From assembly GCA_001189195.1 (NCBI GenBank), contig LFCQ01000003.1, positions 71,059 to 135,058 of the forward strand: a stretch of DNA of 64,000 bases, written 5' to 3'. Source of the DNA: Parcubacteria bacterium C7867-007 (lineage in GTDB: Bacteria > Patescibacteriota > Minisyncoccia > Phycocordibacterales > Phycocordibacteraceae). The notes under the pieces were generated by a model that worked only from the letters and a program-made list of their open reading frames with translations, had not been told where the DNA came from and made no database searches. Positions 11,519 to 19,533 of this stretch are shown here, one piece after another. The first letter of the stretch is position 1. Each line of letters opens with the position of its first letter. Position numbers and translations under genes: made by a program.

Positions 11519-12097
11519 ATGAGCAAGAAGATATACATCTTAATGGGTAACCCGGACAAGGAGGGTACGCTTTCAAGTCAGATTGCTGATGTGTATGAAC
11601 AGAGCGCACGAGAAGCAGGTCATGATGTGCGCAGAACAAACCTAGGTGACCTACAATTCGATCCTATTCTCCATAAGGGATACAAAGAAATCCAACCACT
11701 TGAACCAGATCTTCTAAAGCTTCAAGAAGACATGAAGTGGTCTGACCATTTTGTACTCATCTACCCTGTATGGTGGTCTGCAATGCCTGCACTCCTTAAA
11801 GGAATGATTGATCGTGCATGGGTACCTGGATTCGCTTTCCATTTCCACAAAGATGGAATGGGCTGGGACAAACTCCTTGCAGGACGCACTGCGCGTATCT
11901 TTATTCTTTCAAAGAACTGGCCTCTTATTATCACCACGCTCTTTGGTGACTACACCAACGAGATCTCACGTGCCATCCTTGGTTTCTCTGGGTTCAAGGT
12001 AAAGATTAGTGAGGTTGGTATGAGTGAGAAGCTCAATGACCACCAGAAGGCGGACTGGATGAAGAAGATTGCAGTACTTGCAAAACAAGGAAAATAG
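11519..12097 (+). CDS. NAD(P)H-dependent oxidoreductase, flavodoxin-like fold (KefF/MdaB/general stress protein 14-like).
   Basis: IYILMGNPDKEGTLSSQIA...HFVLIYPVWWSAMPALLKGMIDR matches the Flavodoxin_2 family pattern. Confidence 0.75.
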   Translation: MSKKIYILMGNPDKEGTLSSQIADVYEQSAREAGHDVRRTNLGDLQFDPILHKGYKEIQPLEPDLLKLQEDMKWSDHFVLIYPVWWSAMPALLKGMIDRAWVPGFAFHFHKDGMGWDKLLAGRTARIFILSKNWPLIITTLFGDYTNEISRAILGFSGFKVKISEVGMSEKLNDHQKADWMKKIAVLAKQGK

Positions 12098-12354
12098 GGT
12101 ATAAATACCTCAGCAGGACTGGTGCTCCTTCTTTGAAGAACAGCGGATGTAACGCATGCGAGTATGGAGCTTTCCATAATGAGAAGCTTTATCAGGTATA
12201 GCGCGATATTCTGCGGTCCAACGAAGTGGTAAGTGTGCGTGTCTGGGGTGAAGCGTGGCCCCATTGATCCTTAGCACGGTCCTGTATTTCTCTGAGCCAC
12301 CCTTGCGTGGCTCTTTTCTTTGCTTTTATTACCATTTTTAGCTAGGGTATCTAT

Positions 12355-13449
12355 ATGAAGATCGGTATCGTAGGGCTTCCGAATGTTGGGAAGTCCACTC
12401 TATTTAATGCGCTCACCAAGGCGAGTGTTCCTGCAGAGAACTATCCGTTCTGCACCATAGACCCATCTGTGGGTGTAGTGGGGGTACCGGACGAACGTCT
12501 AGACAAGCTTTCAACACTATCAAACTCAGAGAAGACTATTCCTGCAGCTATTGAATTCGTTGACATAGCCGGACTCGTTCAAGGCGCTTCAACAGGTGAA
12601 GGTCTCGGGAACCAGTTCCTTTCTCATATCCGTGAAGTGGATGCCATTCTTGAAATGGTTCGCTTCTTTGATGATCCAGACGTTATCCATGTACATGGGG
12701 AGGTTGATCCTGTACGAGACATTGAGGTTATCAACCTTGAGCTTATCCTTGCAGACCAACAGAGTGTCTCTGGTCGTCGTGAGCGACTAACCGGAGATGT
12801 GCGTGCACAGAAGAAAGATGCTGTGGCAGAGGAAGCAGTTCTTGCAAAGATTGAGCAGCAACTCCTTAAGGGACTCTTTGCTCGCAGTGCTGAACTAACA
12901 CCGGAAGAAGCAAAGATCGTTAAGGGTTTGAACCTCCTCACCATGAAGCCAATCCTTTATGCACTTAATGGAAAGTCTGGCGGCCACAATCTTGATGAGC
13001 TTAATGATGGACGTTCTCGTGCTGCGTTTGAACTCATAGAGTCTCTTGGTTCAACGTACGTACAAGTGGACGCAGTGACCGAGCATGAGCTAAACGATGT
13101 TGCGGAAGAAGATAAGCATATGTTCCGTTCAGAGCTTGGAGTCTCTGTTGATGGCCTTGAGGCACTTATACGTGGTGCATACAACGCTCTTGGCCTCATC
13201 ACCTTCTTCACCACAGGACCAAAGGAGTCTCGTGCATGGACTATTCCTAATGGAGCAACTGCGCCAGAAGCAGGAGCTGCTATACATACTGATTTTAAGG
13301 ATAAGTTTATTCGTGCTGAAGTGGTGGCGTCAGACACTCTCCTTCAGGATGGATCGTGGAGTGCATCACGCGATAAGGGAAACCTTAAGACTGAAGGAAA
13401 GACATACGTGGTGAAGGATGGAGATGTGATGGTGTTTCTGCATAGTTAG
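12355..13449 (+). CDS. ychF: Redox-regulated ribosome-binding ATPase YchF (Obg family).
   Basis: MKIGIVGLPNVGKSTLFNALT with G1-G4 motifs and a TGS-like C-terminus. Confidence 0.95.
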   Translation: MKIGIVGLPNVGKSTLFNALTKASVPAENYPFCTIDPSVGVVGVPDERLDKLSTLSNSEKTIPAAIEFVDIAGLVQGASTGEGLGNQFLSHIREVDAILEMVRFFDDPDVIHVHGEVDPVRDIEVINLELILADQQSVSGRRERLTGDVRAQKKDAVAEEAVLAKIEQQLLKGLFARSAELTPEEAKIVKGLNLLTMKPILYALNGKSGGHNLDELNDGRSRAAFELIESLGSTYVQVDAVTEHELNDVAEEDKHMFRSELGVSVDGLEALIRGAYNALGLITFFTTGPKESRAWTIPNGATAPEAGAAIHTDFKDKFIRAEVVASDTLLQDGSWSASRDKGNLKTEGKTYVVKDGDVMVFLHS

Positions 13450-13450
13450 A

Positions 13451-13476
13451 AGGTTCGAATCCTAGTCTCCCAGCAG
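13451..13476 (+). repeat. tRNA 3'-half-like variant of the 30-nt repeat family (AGGTTCGAATCCTAGTCTCCCAGCAG), immediately after the ychF stop.
   Basis: GGTTCGAATCC is a canonical tRNA T-loop. The overall layout mirrors the 3' half of the tRNA-Asn in this window (GGTTCGAATCCTACCCGCGGAGCA). It shares the GGTTC...CCAGCA frame with the other copies. Confidence 0.5.
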
Positions 13477-13571
13477 TCTAGTTTAGTATCGAAGGACCCA
13501 GAGGGGTCAGATACTAGAAAGATAACTATTCCGTCATTGCATACCTGCTGAGAGCAGTATCCAGAACAAAA

Positions 13572-13600
13572 AGCCACCGGTAACTCGGTGGCTTTTTGTA
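13572..13600 (+). terminator. Rho-independent terminator downstream of ychF.
   Basis: agccaccggtaactcggtggct followed by ttttt. Confidence 0.75.
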
Positions 13601-13638
13601 TCAACGCTTCGCTTTGTCCTTTTCCCTGATTTTTAAGC

Positions 13639-13670
13639 AAAGTTCCCACGTTGTACCAACCCCCCAGCAA
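13639..13670 (+). repeat. Copy of the 30-nt repeat family (AAAGTTCCCACGTTGTACCAACCCCCCAGCAA). It forms the left boundary of a high-GC cassette.
   Basis: About 26 of 33 positions match the copy at 14155 and the array copies at 48113, 48561, 48849 and 49058. Confidence 0.7.
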
Positions 13671-13700
13671 TTGACTTTTATATATATTGTGCTATTTTAA
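13671..13700 (+). promoter_or_regulatory. Putative sigma70 promoter for the cassette gene, with a -35 of TTGACT.
   Basis: TTGACT lies directly after the repeat; an A/T-rich -10 candidate follows 16-18 nt later. The AAAGGAGG Shine-Dalgarno sits 8 nt before the ATG at 13734. Confidence 0.4.
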
Positions 13701-13733
13701 ATACGAACCAGTTCTAACAAAAAGGAGGCAGAG

Positions 13734-14099
13734 ATGCCGCATGTAATCGTTCACTTCGATCCGAAACGTGTTCTCCAGTCCGTCATCGACGAGCTCAAGC
13801 CTCCGCTTCAGCAGATCGTAGCCGATGGCCTGAGTTATACCTCGTCCGACCACAAGGACGTCCGCGTCGATCCAAAGGAGGTCTATGTTCGGCAGCAGGC
13901 GGCACACCCAACCGATGTGAATCCTGCGGCGATCGAGATCGAAATCCAGGCGGGGAAGAAGAGGGAGCGCAATCCCGAGGGCATGGTCGTGCTCATGTCC
14001 AGGAAGATCATCGAGAGCGAGATCATTCCGAAGGATATGGCCGATCTGTGCATCTGGCTCCGCTTCTCCGAAGACAACGCCTTCAAGAACATCTACTGA
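13734..14099 (+). CDS. Tautomerase-superfamily protein, 5-carboxymethyl-2-hydroxymuconate isomerase (CHMI)-like. Compositionally foreign (high GC).
   Basis: N-terminal MPHVIVHF (Pro1 after Met removal, like CHMI MPHFIMECS). About 121 aa. GC is clearly above its surroundings. Flanked by direct repeats. Confidence 0.55.
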   Translation: MPHVIVHFDPKRVLQSVIDELKPPLQQIVADGLSYTSSDHKDVRVDPKEVYVRQQAAHPTDVNPAAIEIEIQAGKKRERNPEGMVVLMSRKIIESEIIPKDMADLCIWLRFSEDNAFKNIY

Positions 14100-14120
14100 C
14101 GCTGATCGCGTCGACCGACG

Positions 14121-14149
14121 CCACCCCGGTATATGGGTGGTTTTCTTTT
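14121..14149 (+). terminator. Rho-independent terminator of the cassette gene.
   Basis: ccaccccggtatatgggtgg followed by ttttctttt. Confidence 0.75.
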
Positions 14150-14154
14150 ATATA

Positions 14155-14186
14155 AAAGTTCCCACGTCGTACCAGACAGCCAGAAA
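14155..14186 (+). repeat. Copy of the 30-nt repeat family (AAAGTTCCCACGTCGTACCAGACAGCCAGAAA). It forms the right boundary of the high-GC cassette.
   Basis: Direct repeat of 13639..13670; matches the array consensus ...CGTCGTMCCAGACNGCCAG.AAA. Confidence 0.7.
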
Positions 14187-14204
14187 TAGGGTACTATTTC
14201 TGGA

Positions 14205-14741
14205 ATGATCAGCAATCCTCTCTCTGGAAGAACGCAGGGATACCATCTGTTCTTGGTACCAAATGAAGAGGCGTCTCAGAAGTTCTTTAGCATTATCAAC
14301 TCAATTGCTAGTACTTATCAAAGCCCCACTTTCCCTCCCCATGTAACACTTCTTTCTAATATCTCGGGTGATGAAAAAGAATTGTGTACACAAGCACAAA
14401 AACTTGCTCTCAAGCTTGCACCCCAGATTCTAACCGTCAGTGGGGTGTCCACTGAAGATAGTTTCTTTCGCGCACTCTATCTAAAGGTTCAAGAGATAGT
14501 TCCATTAACTGAAATGCACAAGAATGCATCTGCCACATTTGCTATGCCAGTAGCAGAGTACACCCCGCACCTAAGTCTGCTCTACGGAACGTATCCGGAG
14601 GACACCAAGCAGGAAACAGTGCGTCTCGTGTCTCCACTTCAGGGGTTTGAGTTTGTTCTCTCAACACTTGCCCTGTATCGAACAGAAGGGGAAGTTACCG
14701 AATGGGAAAAGATCGCTTCGTTTCCCTTAGGAACTTCATAG
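14205..14741 (+). CDS. 2H phosphoesterase superfamily protein (cyclic phosphodiesterase/LigT-like).
   Basis: Two H-x-T/S-x motifs (HVTLL and HLSLLY) about 80 aa apart; size 178 aa. Confidence 0.6.
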   Translation: MISNPLSGRTQGYHLFLVPNEEASQKFFSIINSIASTYQSPTFPPHVTLLSNISGDEKELCTQAQKLALKLAPQILTVSGVSTEDSFFRALYLKVQEIVPLTEMHKNASATFAMPVAEYTPHLSLLYGTYPEDTKQETVRLVSPLQGFEFVLSTLALYRTEGEVTEWEKIASFPLGTS

Positions 14742-14755
14742 TATACTGGCGGGAT

Positions 14756-15742
14756 ATGGAACATACACCCACAGCACCTGCACCGGCTTCAGCCACCTCA
14801 CGAACATCGCCCAAGGACTTCTTCCTGTGGCTCGGGGTTATTGTTGCTCTTTATAGCAGCATCACGGCAATCATCACCCTGCTCTTTCAGTACATAAATT
14901 ATGCATTCCCCGATGACCTAGCAGGATTCAGTGATCCATACGGTGCACCAGTGCGCATTGCAATGGCTACTGTGGTGGTGATGGTCCCAACCATGGTGGT
15001 ACTGCTTCGTATCATTCGCGGCACTATTGAAAAGGAACCGGGAAAAGCAAACATCTGGGTGCGTCGTTGGGCATTGGGGCTCACTCTCTTCATTGCAACT
15101 ATTACCGTCCTCATTGACCTCATCACCCTTATCAATACCTTCCTAGGTGGTGAGATCACTCCACGCTTTGGTCTCAAGGTGTTGATGGTGCTTCTTGTGG
15201 CTGTTGGCGTATTCCTTCATTTCCTTGCGGACATGGCAGGGTATTGGATCGCTAACTCGAAGAAGGCAACCTATGTTGGTATTGGTGTATGTGTACTAGC
15301 CGTGGTGGTTATTGTTTCTGGCTTCTTCGTTATTGGATCTCCTCAGAAGATACGCATGCTCCGCTATGATGCTCAGAAAGTGAGTGATTTGTATTCTCTA
15401 CAGAATCAGATATTAAACTACTGGCAGGTGAAGCAAGTTCTTCCTGCAGATCTTAATAGCACCGTTGATACATTCTCATACCAGTCTGTTCCTATGGACC
15501 CCCAGAGCAAGCAACCATACGGATATACGGTAACGGGTCCCCTTAGTTTTGAAATCTGTGCAGACTTCAATCTCCCATCACCAGACACTGCTAATCGTGG
15601 TGAATTCTTTGGCGGAGAAACCATGTACTACGGCAGCGTTGATGGGAAGTTTGAAAGTTGGGAACACGGCGTTGGAAACACCTGTTTTACTCGCACCATT
15701 GACCCAGACCGCTATCCTGTAGGTGCTCCGAAGCCGATCTAG
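14756..15742 (+). CDS. Membrane protein: 4-5 TM helices plus an extracytoplasmic C-terminal domain.
   Basis: The ORF-track start at 14702 overlaps the upstream gene, so the start was taken at ATG 14756 (MEHTPTAP...). Hydrophobic helices, then a soluble C-terminal domain. Confidence 0.5.
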   Translation: MEHTPTAPAPASATSRTSPKDFFLWLGVIVALYSSITAIITLLFQYINYAFPDDLAGFSDPYGAPVRIAMATVVVMVPTMVVLLRIIRGTIEKEPGKANIWVRRWALGLTLFIATITVLIDLITLINTFLGGEITPRFGLKVLMVLLVAVGVFLHFLADMAGYWIANSKKATYVGIGVCVLAVVVIVSGFFVIGSPQKIRMLRYDAQKVSDLYSLQNQILNYWQVKQVLPADLNSTVDTFSYQSVPMDPQSKQPYGYTVTGPLSFEICADFNLPSPDTANRGEFFGGETMYYGSVDGKFESWEHGVGNTCFTRTIDPDRYPVGAPKPI

Positions 15743-15780
15743 TGATACAGTTCGGATGAATACGGGCGCACGATATACCT

Positions 15781-18669
15781 ATGGCAAAGAACCGTTTCGA
15801 TCATACAGAAATAGAGAAGAAAGCTCAGGAGAAATGGGCTGCGCTTGATCTGCATCAAACGGATCTCACAGATACCGAGAAGGATCCATACTATCTAATG
15901 TTTGAGTTCCCGTTTCCTTCGGGAGACCTCCATATAGGGCACTGGTATGCCTTTGCCCTCACAGACATTTATGCACGGTTCCTTCGCATGGCAGGGAAGA
16001 ACGTGCTTTTCCCTGTTGGTTTTGACTCCTTTGGTCTTCCTGCCGAGAACGCCGCAATGAAGAACGGGCAACCAACGCCCGAGTGGACGTACGCCGCTAT
16101 TGAGAAGATGCGTGGCCAGATGCGTTCTATGGGAACATCGGTAGATTGGAGCAAAGAGGTTATCACCTCAGACCCCGAATACTATAAGTGGACACAGTGG
16201 TTGTTCCTTAAACTCTTTGAGCATGGTCTTGCACAACACCGAGAAGCACCTGTTAAATGGTGTCCAAAAGATGCCACCGTACTTGCCAATGAACAGGTGA
16301 TTGATGGGAAGTGTGAGCGTTGCGGTACCGATGTTGAAGAGAAACACCTCACCCAGTGGTTCCTTAAGATCACTGATTATGCAGAGCGTCTCCTCACCGA
16401 TCTTGATCCACTTCCATGGCGTGAAGATATTAAAGAATCACAGCGTGCATGGATAGGGAAGTCAGAGGGAGCAAAGCTCAAGTTCCAGGTGGTGAGTGCA
16501 AAAGACGCATCAACACCCAATGATTCCGTAGCTATAGAAGTCTTCACAACACGTCCAGACACCATCTTCGGTGTTACGTATGTCGTACTCGCTCCTGAGC
16601 ACCCACTTATCGATACCCTTGAACCAGTTATTGCCAATGGTGAAGCGGTTGCTGAGTATCGTCAAACAACCTCGCGCAAGAGTGAGCGTGAACGCTCGGA
16701 GAACAAAGATAAGACTGGTGTACTCCTTGAAGGGGTTATGGCCATTAATCCTGCAACACACAAGGAGATTCCTGTATATGTAGCGGATTACGTACTTGCT
16801 TCATACGGTACCGGTGCCGTTATGGCAGTACCTGCGCATGACGAGCGTGATTTTGTATTTGCAAAGAAGTTCAACCTTCCAATCAAATACGTTATTGATC
16901 CAGTCACGGGATCTCCACAGGAGAATCCCCAAGATAAGCAGAAGATTGTAGCTATCGTTGAGCACGACAACAAAATCCTCACCATTCACTGGAAACCTGA
17001 ACTAGGGGGTCGTTTATTTGTTGGTGGTACCGCAGAAGAAGGTGAAGATCCTGTAGTAACTGCAATGCGTGAAATTGCTGAAGAAACCGGTTATACCGAT
17101 CTTGAGCTTATTGAACGTGCTGAGGAGCAAGTACATCACGAGTACTTTGCACACTCCAAGAACAAGGCATTTATCGCGCACACCACACTCCTTCATTTCC
17201 GCTTAAAGAGTGATGCACAGCAACCAACAGCTCTTGAAGATAATGAGATTGGAAAGTTTGAAGTTGAGTGGGTGACACGTGAGCAAGCCATAAAGGAAGT
17301 GAAGGATCCACTCCATCTCTACGCATTTAATAAGTTCGCTATGGGTATGTGCTACACCGGGGACGGTACCCTTTCAAACTCGGGAACCTTCAACGGACGC
17401 GATAACCGCGAAGTGATGGGAGAAATTGTTGAAGCAGTGGGTGGTGAGGTGACGACTAACTATCGTATACGAGATTGGCTTGTATCACGTCAGCGATACT
17501 GGGGCTGTCCAATACCGATCGTCTATGACCCTGAAGGGAATCCGCATGCGGTTCCCGCAGAACATCTCCCTTGGACCCTTCCAACCGATGTTGATTCCGG
17601 TTCAGGAAAGGGAGAGTCTCCACTTAAAGCATCAAAAGAACTTCAAGCACGTGTAGAGCAGATCTTCGGAGAAGGATGGACCCCAGAATGCGACACACTC
17701 GATGTGTTCGTAGATTCTTCATGGTACTTCCTGCGATACCTTGATCCCAAGGATGAGCATGACTTCTCAGACCAGGCACTTATGAAGAAGTGGTTGCCGG
17801 TGAATCGATACTCTGGTGGTAGCGAGCACACCACCGTGCACCTTCTCTATGCCCGTTTCTTCTACAAAGCGCTCTATGACCTCGGACTCGTTCCAACCTC
17901 TGAGCCATTCTATGAGCGATACAACCGTGGACTCGTACTAGACTCCGAAGGACGCAAGATGAGCAAGCGATGGGGCAACGTGGTGAACCCCGATGACATG
18001 GTGAAGCTCTATGGAGCAGATGCGGTGCGTATGTACCTCGCATTCATGGGTCCATACAACGAAGCAGGTCATTACCCATGGAAACTCACGGGTGTGGAAG
18101 CTATGCGAAAGTTCCTAGATCGTATCGTAACCCTATCGGGTCGCCTTTCTGATGAAGAGCCGACTGAGAATACCCTTCGTGCTCTCGCAAAGGCGGCAGA
18201 CAAGGTGGGCACAGACATTGTTCGCTTTAAGTACAACACAGCGATCTCTGCTCTTATGGTGCTTGTTAATGAACTTGAAACACTCACTGCTATACCTCGT
18301 ACTGCATACAGGGAGCTCATTACGATGCTCGCACCCTTCGCACCCCATGTATCAGAGTATTTGTATGAGAACAGCCTCCTCACGAGCTCTCACGCGGTAA
18401 ATGGTGATGAAGAGAGTGAAGTACCGAAGAGCGTACACCAGCTGGAGTGGCCAGTCATAGATGAATCCCTCCTCACCACTGAAACGATCATAATGGGAGT
18501 ACAGGTAGCGGGAAAACGACGGGGAGAAGTCTCTATTAGTCCCGAAGCAACCGAAGAAGAGGCTGTTGCAGCGGCACTTGCACAGCCAGATGTCCTCAAG
18601 TTCCTAGAAGGGGGTACACCAAGCAGGATTATCTACGTTCCAGGCCGTATCCTTAACCTAATACCCTAG
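15781..18669 (+). CDS. leuS: Leucyl-tRNA synthetase carrying an inserted Nudix-hydrolase domain.
   Basis: HIGH motif (HIGHWYAFALTD), CP1 editing domain (TTRPDTIFGV...AHDERDF) and KMSKS (KMSKRWGN). About 135 extra aa at roughly nt 16895-17345 contain a perfect Nudix box GGTAEEGEDPVVTAMREIAEETGY. Confidence 0.9.
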   Translation: MAKNRFDHTEIEKKAQEKWAALDLHQTDLTDTEKDPYYLMFEFPFPSGDLHIGHWYAFALTDIYARFLRMAGKNVLFPVGFDSFGLPAENAAMKNGQPTPEWTYAAIEKMRGQMRSMGTSVDWSKEVITSDPEYYKWTQWLFLKLFEHGLAQHREAPVKWCPKDATVLANEQVIDGKCERCGTDVEEKHLTQWFLKITDYAERLLTDLDPLPWREDIKESQRAWIGKSEGAKLKFQVVSAKDASTPNDSVAIEVFTTRPDTIFGVTYVVLAPEHPLIDTLEPVIANGEAVAEYRQTTSRKSERERSENKDKTGVLLEGVMAINPATHKEIPVYVADYVLASYGTGAVMAVPAHDERDFVFAKKFNLPIKYVIDPVTGSPQENPQDKQKIVAIVEHDNKILTIHWKPELGGRLFVGGTAEEGEDPVVTAMREIAEETGYTDLELIERAEEQVHHEYFAHSKNKAFIAHTTLLHFRLKSDAQQPTALEDNEIGKFEVEWVTREQAIKEVKDPLHLYAFNKFAMGMCYTGDGTLSNSGTFNGRDNREVMGEIVEAVGGEVTTNYRIRDWLVSRQRYWGCPIPIVYDPEGNPHAVPAEHLPWTLPTDVDSGSGKGESPLKASKELQARVEQIFGEGWTPECDTLDVFVDSSWYFLRYLDPKDEHDFSDQALMKKWLPVNRYSGGSEHTTVHLLYARFFYKALYDLGLVPTSEPFYERYNRGLVLDSEGRKMSKRWGNVVNPDDMVKLYGADAVRMYLAFMGPYNEAGHYPWKLTGVEAMRKFLDRIVTLSGRLSDEEPTENTLRALAKAADKVGTDIVRFKYNTAISALMVLVNELETLTAIPRTAYRELITMLAPFAPHVSEYLYENSLLTSSHAVNGDEESEVPKSVHQLEWPVIDESLLTTETIIMGVQVAGKRRGEVSISPEATEEEAVAAALAQPDVLKFLEGGTPSRIIYVPGRILNLIP

Positions 18670-18829
18670 ACATTTGGTATAAATATAGTGTTATGAATAG
18701 AGATTATATGGCCTAGATAAGCCATATTTATGTGCCCTTCACCTGTTTTGCTGATGAAAATCGCTTGACAGATGGGGGCTGGACTGATAGTCTATAGGGG
18801 TAAAGACGGCGTAAGCCGTTTTTGCATTT

Positions 18830-19444
18830 ATGCCTTTTCTGATATCAACCCTGGTGGGTCTTATGGTTCTTCCAGCAGGTATCACCAGCACGATTCCAAC
18901 GGAGTCTGCAGTAGCAACTACCACGGTAGCAGCAGCTGTAGCACCCGCAAGTTTCAAGCTTGTGACACCTGGTACGAAGGAAGCGGAAACGCCTCTAACA
19001 ACCAAGCTCACCGCATATAACGCCGTGCCTGCACAAACTGATAGTAATCCCTTTGTGACGGCAAGCGGCTCGTTCTCAAACCCTGAAGTGGTTGCTGCAC
19101 GTTCTAACGACCTCGCGAAGGTTCTTCCTTTCGGAACAATCATCTCGATTGAACGCTCTTATGCCGACACTCCTGCTTGTAACTACAGCAAGGTGTCCCA
19201 TCAGATCGGTTATCGAGTTATCGCGGACGCTATGAACCCACGCATCATAAACACAGTCGACGTCCTTCTCGATGAGAATGACACGGTTGTGGTCCACGGA
19301 AGGACGGTTAATCCAGGTATTGCACTTGGACGATGTGGAGAAGTAACGGTTCGTGTAGTTGGCCATATTGGTGTTAAGGATATTCCTAAAACCCAGGCTG
19401 AACTCGCGTCATACGTTGCTCCCTCTGCACTCGCAGCCCGATAA
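18830..19444 (+). CDS. Secreted 3D-domain protein (MltA/YuiC-like cell-wall hydrolase).
   Basis: Signal peptide, TAYNAVPAQTDSNPFVTASG and a DxxD-containing C-terminus typical of 3D domains. Confidence 0.6.
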   Translation: MPFLISTLVGLMVLPAGITSTIPTESAVATTTVAAAVAPASFKLVTPGTKEAETPLTTKLTAYNAVPAQTDSNPFVTASGSFSNPEVVAARSNDLAKVLPFGTIISIERSYADTPACNYSKVSHQIGYRVIADAMNPRIINTVDVLLDENDTVVVHGRTVNPGIALGRCGEVTVRVVGHIGVKDIPKTQAELASYVAPSALAAR

Positions 19445-19462
19445 TTTCACGACACGAAATAA

Positions 19463-19503
19463 AGCACACTCGGCAGCAATGCCGGGCGTGCTTTATTTTT
19501 ATT
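19463..19503 (+). terminator. Rho-independent terminator.
   Basis: Imperfect hairpin agcacactcggcagcaatgccgggcgtgct followed by ttattttttatt. Confidence 0.6.
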
Positions 19504-19533
19504 CAAATCCTTCATGAAGCTCCGTAAGGAAGT

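Noticed and set aside
11950-12264. 104-aa minus-strand ORF.
   Set aside because: It overlaps the 3' end of the oxidoreductase gene on the opposite strand and has no RBS. The region is better explained as a non-coding leader or sRNA with a + strand terminator.
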